Below, piece after piece: positions 46,778 to 54,926 of a DNA stretch of 54,926 nucleotides. Origin of the DNA: Chiloscyllium plagiosum (taxonomy: Eukaryota); NCBI RefSeq assembly GCF_004010195.1, contig NC_057757.1, positions 6,328,728-6,383,653 of the forward strand, written 5' to 3'. Every line of letters starts with the position of its first letter. Position 1 is the stretch's first letter. The translations under genes were made by a program, and so were the position numbers. Under the pieces are notes generated by a model. It did not search any database and was not told where the DNA came from. It worked only from the letters and a program-made list of their open reading frames with translations.

Positions 46778-48275
46778 TGCGAACTAAGACTTCCAAAGCC
46801 AGCTCCTGGCTGCTATTTCAGTTTCTTTTGTCCATCAATGGCTCTTTCCCGACCATCTCCTCTCTCTTGTCGAAGCCAGTGGAAGACCCTGCACGGGACA
46901 CGTGGTCTATCGTCATGAGCACTGCCTTTTTTTTTCCGTTTGTTTTAAATTGACAAGCTGTTAATCTCGATCTGCTTCACATAAAAGCCTCAATGAATGT
47001 ATAAAGAGAAAGGAAACGCATACTAGGGTTACAAAAAAAACTGCATTTGCTGGCTTCAGGCACCTCTTGGGTGGGGAAGGGAGCACGTGACTTATTTTCG
47101 AAAGTGTAACTTCTGCTCTTGAATTCACAGTGCGCCAACACTGTCAGCATTGCCTCTAGGAGAGTTTCAGCCCCTTTTTCTGACAAAGCCCCATTGTTTG
47201 GTTATGTGGGAATGCACGGATTTCTTGTGGAGTGGCAGGGGGAGGAATATCTATTAAACACGGAGAGACATCACAGATGAAACTATCACAATGGCCCTAC
47301 GTACTGTTGCATTGTTTTAATATCATAACCTCCAGTGCGTCAGCCACTTGTCCATAGGGTAATTTGACACTTCTCTCTCTTCACCCAGTCTTCACCAAAA
47401 AAGAAAGTTTTGCTGGACATTATAAACCAGCCAAACCCTGAAACCAGTTGGGCTTGTAGATGCAACTAAAATCATCCATTGTTATTCTGTTAGAATGATT
47501 GGCCATGAATTTGGAGATATGGTCATGTTGAGCTGTGTGCAGACCCTTGCCATGTGGTGGTGACCATTTCCATTGCCCTGGTTGGTATGAGCACAGGATG
47601 TGAGCAATGTTGAGTTTGAGATTGATCCAAAACTTTATGGCCAGTGGTCTGGAATAGTCACTTGTAACTTCTAACAGTTTCCGCAGTTGGTACTGCTACA
47701 TCTTTTTGTCTTTTTCCCCCCTGCCTCAAACCAGGCAGATGCGCTTTTCAGCTGTTCCAAATCCCTCAGTGGTGTTGAGGAAGGTGATTTTTGTTTTCTC
47801 ATCTCTCTTTATCGTCTTGATGTCCAAAAACTCAAATGTTACATCGACCCTTTTTTTTTCCTCAGTAATTCTGAGCTGGGTTATTGAAACCCTGTACGTG
47901 CAGCGCTAAGACTTAGGTAAAAGTGAGCAGCATGTGCGATAGCAACAAGTATTAGAGTGGGGTTAAGAGGTCTGAGCACTGTAGTCAGGACTTGCTTTGA
48001 AATGCTTACCTATAAGCGCTGTGTGCTTCAGCAAGCTCTGGTTTGCATTTCTCCCCCAGATTGTAACTATCAAGTCAGCAGAACCAAGTGGAATTATTTT
48101 AATGTGAAACGCCTGTCATTTTTCCCTTATCCCTCCCACACGCACGTTTGTTCGAATCTTTCAGGCCAGCGTTTGGTCTGATCAACTAATCAGCTAATAG
48201 CAGAGTGGGATGATAGTCCTAGATGTGACTAGTGACTTTTTCAATAAATAAACTCCTCAGATTTTGACACGTTTT

Positions 48276-48276
48276 T

Positions 48277-48318
<42 letters not shown>
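48276..48318. repeat. (TG)n(AG)n compound microsatellite
   Basis: Direct reading. Confidence 0.95.
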
Positions 48319-48517
48319 ATGAGTAACAATGAGATTTGATAAGTGAAACATTTGGAGATTACTTTGTTTTAAAGTAAGAACTCTTGAAAAATATTAATTG
48401 CAAGAACATGATGCAGCAATTGTGGGGGGGGAGGTGTACTGCACCTTTTTTGGTTCTGCCATTCTATAAAATTCCTGAAAGCCAACTACTTAGAAATGAC
48501 TCCAAACCTCATGCACT

Positions 48518-48518
48518 C

Positions 48519-48551
<33 letters not shown>

Positions 48552-48560
48552 CGTGTATGT
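48518..48560. repeat. (TG)n(CG)n alternating purine-pyrimidine microsatellite
   Basis: Direct reading. Confidence 0.95.
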
Positions 48561-50472
48561 GTCTCTCTCTGTCTGTCTGTCTGTATATATACTGGAGTAG
48601 TTTTTACTGCTCAAAAACCCTTTCACTCCTTGCGCTGACCCCCCTCCACCATCCCCAAAAAGAAATTTTGTAAACAGGCGCTAATCTATGAAGGTACAGA
48701 ATAAAGTGCATGTTAGCATTCCCCCCCCCCCCCCACCTCATCTGGACCAATGAGCTAGACTTGATAAGTTGGATCCATGCAGTAACCCTTTGCCATGCAT
48801 TTGTTGCTATGCACTGTAAATATTCCTGCAGTACAGTACAGAAATGATGCTTTTGTAATTTTCTTTCTAAGGTTAAGAGGTTTCCTGACTTCATTCAGTG
48901 CTTTGTTTCAACATCCATAACCTTCTGACTGCTCTCATCCTAACCCAATTTTCATCTTGGCTCTCCTATGTTCCTGTTGAAAAGGCCATTGTGCTGGTTA
49001 TTTTCTTAAACATTTTTTTCGTGGGATGGGGTGGGGGTGGGTTTGAGAATTGGGTAGATCCAGTGCTTCATGTTAAAATAAGGGGTTTCTTTTTTTTTCT
49101 CTGCTGTTGGGGAGGGAAAAAGGGGTGGAATAAAGCTCATGGCCTTGCCAGTGTTTTGGGTCTGCGCAGACCCCGGGATCCAAGGAGAGTTAAACATTCT
49201 GTTGTGCTTTTACAAAGAATTTTTATTTTTGTTTCCACTTCTCATTGACAGACCAGTTCAAACCTTGGGCCAGAGCTGCATGTGCTAGGTAAACGTTGTT
49301 TCACTGTTATCTTCTAACAGTGACCTTCTGTCCATTTTTGTGCATTCTAGAATCCACCCACTAGACAACCTGGTGGTGAGGTTCCGTCGCCATCCCTTAT
49401 TTGACCCATTGGTTCAAAGGATCAGTATTAAACGCAAAGGGATAGATCTGTGGGAAGTTTGATTCTGATCTGGAGCTCTCAGCACAGTTTGCCAATCGTT
49501 ACTGGCTGTGATTGATTAGGTAGGGAATCTGAGAATTCTGGACTCGAGTCAAACCAGAGGCATGTTTTGTGTGTCAATTTTATCACAATTGTTGACAGGC
49601 ACTTAGTTATCTTTTTGGATTAGAACTCACCCCTGGCAAAGATCACCCCAAGAATTCACCTCTAGCTCACTTGCTGACAATATTTCTTTTTCCTTGGAAC
49701 TTGTCTAATGGCTGTTCAAGTTGGGGGTTTTAGAACACGTTCTTTCTTAATCTGGGTTTGAAGTGTATGGACTTCAAGGAGTCTTATTCCTTTATTTTAA
49801 AGGGAGCAAGTTTTACATGCACATTGAATTTGCCTTTTTTTTTCAGATTAAGGCACTTCTTGAATATGTACCTAGCAGCACCGAACCTTTCCCTTCAAGA
49901 ATGCATCCAGTCAGATTGGCCCTAAACTGCCTGTAATGAACTTCCAACCTCACCATTCTCCCACTGTTCATTTGCAATGTCCAGTGGCTGAATAGCGTGT
50001 ACAACCCTGTGTAGGTGTCTCATTTCGAGCTGATTACAGTCACTGTTTTGTCTCTCTGCTCCTGCCCCCACCCCTGTGATTTCTCTGCCTTTTTCCAATA
50101 TCTCTTACAGGCTTAGCCAATCCCTTTTCCAATGAGCAACTGCAATGAAAGGTGCTCCTGAGGAGGAACTCCTGTGGCTGCCTTAACACCTGGAGTGCAG
50201 CAAACCATTTTGGCGTGAGCAGGTTTAGCAGCAGTCTCAGCCCATTGGTACTTGCACTGGTCTCTCAATTTGTCTTTTGTTTTTAATTAAGCCATGGCTT
50301 GTAAACGAGGTGCTTTCTCCAACTATTTACCAGCTCCGTACAGGAACTTATTTCTTCAGTGTGATAAACTGTATCTTTGACAACTGGTTCACTGCAGCTT
50401 CCAAACAGGGAGGGGAGGGTGGGGAAGGCAACTGTATGTACATGTCTGCATTACAGGGGGTGGTTAAGTGCA

Positions 50473-50641
50473 AATAAACTTGAGATTCTAGATTTTTAAG
50501 AAAAAAAAGTAAATAAAATGTTGTCTTTGATAAAAAGTTTCAGGAAAAAAATTGTCATTTGTGAATTTTTGTAAAAAAAAGATAAAACCAAATGCTGCAA
50601 AAATCCAATGTCAAACATACATCAAGTGTCATTACAATAAA
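50473..50641 (+). terminator. Cluster of candidate polyadenylation signals
   Basis: AATAAA at 50473, 50512 and 50636; the last is followed by a GT/T-rich tract tgtcttttgtttt. Confidence 0.6.
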
Positions 50642-50932
50642 GGAATACAAAGTGTTAAACTGGCTGCTGTCTTTTGTTTTCACATTAACTCGTCGCTTGT
50701 ATATTACAACTGTGCTCTTATCCTAACAAACCTCCTGAACTGTGGAGCAAACTTGAGGGCCTGTTGAGGTTCTAGCCTTTGGTTACCAAGTGTACCTTTG
50801 CTGTTCTACTTGTTCACCACCATCAGCCAGCTGTGGGGGTGGTTATTATAACTGGAACCTTTGGCTGGAGTTTGAGGGCAGATTCAGTAGGTTGTACCAA
50901 TAATCCATTATAAAATGTAGAAGAATAAGAGG

Positions 50933-52625
50933 TGATATAACTGAGAACTCCATGAAGGCTGGTATCCCATCACCTAGTTCCATGTGCATTTATTTGACAC
51001 TGACCCAGCTCTGAGAGTGAGCAGAATCCCAGTTTCTGCTGGCTCAATAACGTCCTTTTTGGAAAGGAAATCCAGGCAGATTTTTATTAATTTATTCCAT
51101 ATTCTAACAGTTATGATGGGACTTGAACCAGTGTCACCAGAGAATCAACCTGTCTGAATACTAAACCTGTAACATTACCACTACACCATTGTCCTCCCTC
51201 TCTGTTTATATTTTTTTTATTTTATTGAACAGAAGAGTTTACAAAACAATTAACATTTAACAGCTGTATACAGAGAAACAGCAATTTTACGAGGGAGAGG
51301 AGCAGCAAAGCCAAACTCCAAACCCCACCGTTCAACCAATTTTCAGGGAAATTAAGTCAAACCTCAAATCCCACTTTCAGTCATCACAAAAAAAGATGTA
51401 ACAAATACAAGAAAGTCCAATTAGATAAGAAACCGTGTATATAGAATACAGAACCCCCCACCCCCAGCAAGCTTCCTGTCCATCCCTCCCACCTTCTCTC
51501 CTGTTTGTCTCTGTAAGCCAAGGCTCCCTAATTGGACCAGATCAACAATCACAGTCAGGGAACTCATATTCTGAGGTCCACCTGGCTGACATTGATTCAA
51601 TCACTGCATTCCCCCCCTCCCCCTCGAAGTTGTGAGACGAAGGTCTGTTCCTTTTCCAGTTCCTTCTCAGGCATTTTTGCACCAGTCCCGGTTCCTCTGA
51701 CTTTGCCTCGGATGCTACCTTTGTGGACTGGACCATAGCCCGCCTCTTGTGCGTGGAGTGACTCAGCTGAAGCTCATCTTCTGGTGGTAACAGCTTTGAG
51801 GCTGTGACATCTCATGTCCAACTCATCCTCCGAGGTTTCTTCAATGCCAGGCTGTGGGGGAGAGCTCATCAGTTCTGACAGCTTTGCTGGATGACCTGAG
51901 GGGCTGGATATGTTTTGCTCATGCCCTATTTGCGAGATTATAGCTTTCGTGTGGTCCTCATGCTTGTTCAGGACCGCCTCTCCTATGTAAACTTTATACA
52001 TTACAGGGCTTGACCTTGCATTGATCGTGTCTCTTACCCATGCAGGGCCAATTTGTGGTTTGACACCAAACTTTGGAGTAATTGCCTCTCTTGCTTAGAG
52101 GAGTCTTCTATCCAGCATTAGACTATCCTTGTATGCCGAGTGCCATCTGACTAGGAAATACTCAAATTCCCGGCTGGTAAATAAAGGCCCATTGTTTGTG
52201 ACCCAACAACTCTGGGACTCAAGGTGAAAGTGAGGACTGCAGATGCTGGAGATTAGAGTGGTGCTGGAAAAGCACACCAGGTCAGGCAGCATCTGAGTAG
52301 CAGGAAGATTGACATTTCGGGCAAATGTTCGCAACTTTTCAATTGGCCTTCCCACGTTCGACGAGTGAACTCTACGCGCATCCCACCACTTTGAATCGGT
52401 GTCCATAATGACTAAAAACATTGAGCCCATGAAAGAGCCAGCACAGTTGATGTGTAACTGAGTCCAGGGTTTGTCCACTCATTCCCATGAATGTGAGGGA
52501 GCTGTTGTTGGTAATTTTTCCAGTCTGGACACTGTCCCGTCAACGTGGCTGTGTTGGCACCCAAACCCAGTCACCAGACGCAATTTCTCGCCAACAGTTT
52601 GGAAACCCCTAGATGACCCACTGGG
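50933..52625 (-). mobile_element. Gypsy/Ty3 LTR retrotransposon remnant (integrase, PPT, 3' LTR) with nested insertions
   Basis: HSWE..KPWTQLHINCAGSFMGSMFLVIMDTDSKW; TNNGPLFTSREF; polypurine tract at 51609-51625 followed by TG; integrase split by a Penelope-terminus fragment at about 52222-52325. Confidence 0.7.
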
Positions 52626-52699
52626 AAGGCGATGGATCATGGTATTGTCGTTCATGTCTTGTTTAAATCCTTCTCTCACTTCTTGCTCCATAGTTTGAA

Positions 52700-52990
52700 A
52701 TCCTCTACCCTAGGGGAAAAGACACCCACCATTCACCTTATCTATACCCTGCATGGTTTTATAAACCTCTATAAGGTCAGCCCTCAGCCTCCTACACTCC
52801 ACTGAAAAAAGCCCCAGCCTACCCAGCCTCTTCCCTTAATTCAAGCCCTTTATTTTTGGCAACATCCTGGTAAATCTCTTCTGAACTTTCTCCAGCTGAA
52901 TAATATCCTATTACAGGATGACCAGAACTGCACACAGTTCAGAAAAGGCCTCACCAATGTTCTATACAACCGCAACATGACATCCCAACT
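52700..52990 (-). mobile_element. CR1 3' fragment
   Basis: ttttataaacctctataaggtcagccctcagcctc, matching other CR1 copies in the window. Confidence 0.75.
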
Positions 52991-53164
52991 CATATTTGCC
53001 CCATGGTTAACAAAAAAAAGTCAGCTTTGAATTTAACAAATGATACAGTTTCAGTTATCATTCCTTACTTTACTGAAGTCTGGTTAATTCTGACCCGTTT
53101 CTAGGGGTGTGGGTTGAATTCCTGACATTCACCTTTGCTTGTCTTATGAAGAGAGACTGTGAAG

Positions 53165-53908
53165 TTTGGGCCTAGATATCTTGAGAAGTGTCAATTTTAC
53201 AGAGGAGGAGATGGTCGATGTCTTAAAACACATTAAGTTGGATAAATCCCCAGAACCAGATCAGGTGTACTGTAGAGCTCTGTGGGAAGCTGGGGAAGTC
53301 ATTGCTGGGCCCCTTGCTGAGATATTTGTGTCATCGATAGCCATGGGTGACATGCCAGAAGACAAGCAGTTGGTTAATGTGATGCCATTATTTAAGAAAA
53401 GTGGTAAGGAAAAGCCAGGGAACTATAGATAGGTGAGTCTGACATCAGAACTGAGGAAGGGTGACGGGACCTAAAACGTTGACTCTGATTTTTCTTCACA
53501 GATGCTGACAGACCTACTGAGCTTTTTCAGCAACTTCTGCTTTTGTTCCTGATATACAGGATCTGCAGTTCTTTCAGTCAGTGATGGATATGTTATTGGA
53601 TTCCAAGGGACAAGATTTACATATTTTCCAAAGGGAAGGAATGATTAGGAGTAGTTAACATGGCTTTGTGCATGGGAAATTGTGTCTCACTAACCTAATA
53701 GTTTTGTGAAGAAGTGACGAAGAAGATTAATGATGGCAAAGCGGTGAATGTTGTCTATATGAACGTCAGCAAAGCGTTTGGCAAGGTTCTGCATAGTTAG
53801 CAAGTTTAGATTGCATGGAATCCAGGGAGAGCTAGCCATTTAAATATAAAATTAGCATGAAAGTAGGAGGCAGAGAGTGATGGTGGAGGGTTGTTTTTCA
53901 GACTGGTG
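53165..53908 (+). mobile_element. CR1 RT fragment with inserted Penelope-terminus fragment (about 53443-53580)
   Basis: DKSPEPDQVY...NVMPLFKKSGKEKPGNYR; insert ctgagga-a-gggtgacgggacct-aaaacgtt. Confidence 0.75.
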
Positions 53909-53909
53909 A

Positions 53910-54255
53910 AGGAGGCTTTCCACATCCGACAGAAATTTACCTGTACTTCCGTGCATGTTATCTTTTGTATCCGTTACACCCAATGTGGTCTTGTCTACAT
54001 TGGGAAGACAGAATGCCAACTTGTGGTTTGTTTCAGAGAACATCTCTGGGACAACCTGCACCAACCAACCCCACCGCCCTGTGGCTGAACACTTTTAACT
54101 CCCCCTCTCACTTCACCAAGGACATGCAGGTCTGGGCCTCCTCCATCATCAAACCCTTATCATCTAACGCTTGGAAGAATGCCTCATCTTCTGCCTTGGG
54201 ACCCTGCAACCACACGGGATCAATGTGGATTTCACAAGTTTCCTCATTTCCCCTC
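53910..54255 (+). mobile_element. Penelope-like GIY-YIG endonuclease fragment
   Basis: FTCTSVHVIFCIRYTQCGLVYIGKT...FREH. Confidence 0.8.
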
Positions 54256-54552
54256 TGTTATGGATGAGGCCAGACCACTCTAAGCATTCTTAAAAAGGCA
54301 GCCCACACCATAACTTTGCAATTTGTTATGGTAAGTGTACAGTGAAAATTACCTGGGCTAGGTCAGCTAGATTGTCTACCGGGTTTTAAAATAGACAAAA
54401 ACTTATTCACAAAATTATACAACGAAACACAAAGAACAGAATAAAGAACCCCCTACAGAACTCAGTCTATCCAATTAGACTTAATTCTGTTCTGAATATA
54501 CACAACAGTCCTAATAAACAACCCCCCCCCCCCTTAAATACAGTAAAAAATG

Positions 54553-54926
54553 AGCCCTTCATCAGGAATACAGGCAGAGAGTCTGAAGGGTGGAGAGATA
54601 AGTGAGAGGAGGGTGGGGGTGGGGAGAGAATAGCATAGAGTACAATTGGTGAGTGGGGGAGGGGATGAAGGTGATAGGTCAGGGTGAGAGAGGAGGGTGG
54701 AGGATAAGTGGAAAAGAAGATAGGCAGGTAGGACAAGTCATGGTCGGCCCCCAACGCCTCATCTTCACCATGGATATCCAATCCCTCTTTACCTCCATCC
54801 GCCAAGAACAGGGCCTCCAAGCCCTCCGTTTCATCCTCTCCTGACGTCCCCAACAGTACCCTTCCACTGACACTCTCATTCGTTTGGCCGAACTTGTCCT
54901 CACCCTTAACAATTTCTCCTTCGAAT
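54553..54926. mobile_element. Penelope-like element: inverted pseudo-LTR joined to plus-strand RT fragment
   Basis: Minus-strand cctgatgaagggct terminus; plus frame LIFTMDIQSLFTSI...GLQAL...LAELVLTLNNFSF. Confidence 0.8.

Larger units (their letters stand above)
46778..50660 (+). other. MEPCE: Probable long MEPCE 3' UTR (about 3.9 kb)
   Basis: No recognisable TE from the stop codon to a cluster of AATAAA signals; TEs resume at about 50930. Confidence 0.6.

Overview
Vertebrate genomic DNA, most likely elasmobranch (inferred from HE1-like V-SINEs, Deu-SINE-like repeats and dense CR1 and Penelope content), with three N-gaps (5163-5662, 32779-33278, 34450-34886). Genes: the terminal coding exon of PPP1R35 (476-652, +); an unidentified CpG-island first exon (4918-4998, +) running into a gap; and a four-coding-exon MEPCE (7SK capping enzyme) on + (34887-46777, N-terminus in a gap) with a TATA/GC-box CpG promoter and an apparently TE-free 3' UTR of about 3.9 kb. 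The rest is mostly decayed TEs (CR1, Tx1/L1, Rex1/Babar, Penelope-like, Gypsy, SINEs, pogo/Tigger-like MITEs) plus a 40-bp satellite of about 2.8 kb. The most notable non-genic signals are (i) several families of minimal hammerhead-ribozyme motifs in Penelope-type termini, including short fold-back elements flanked by apparent target-site duplications, and (ii) long G-U-rich sense-strand hairpins in the MEPCE 3' UTR. Gene identities come from recalled protein sequences, not database searches, and TE boundaries are approximate.
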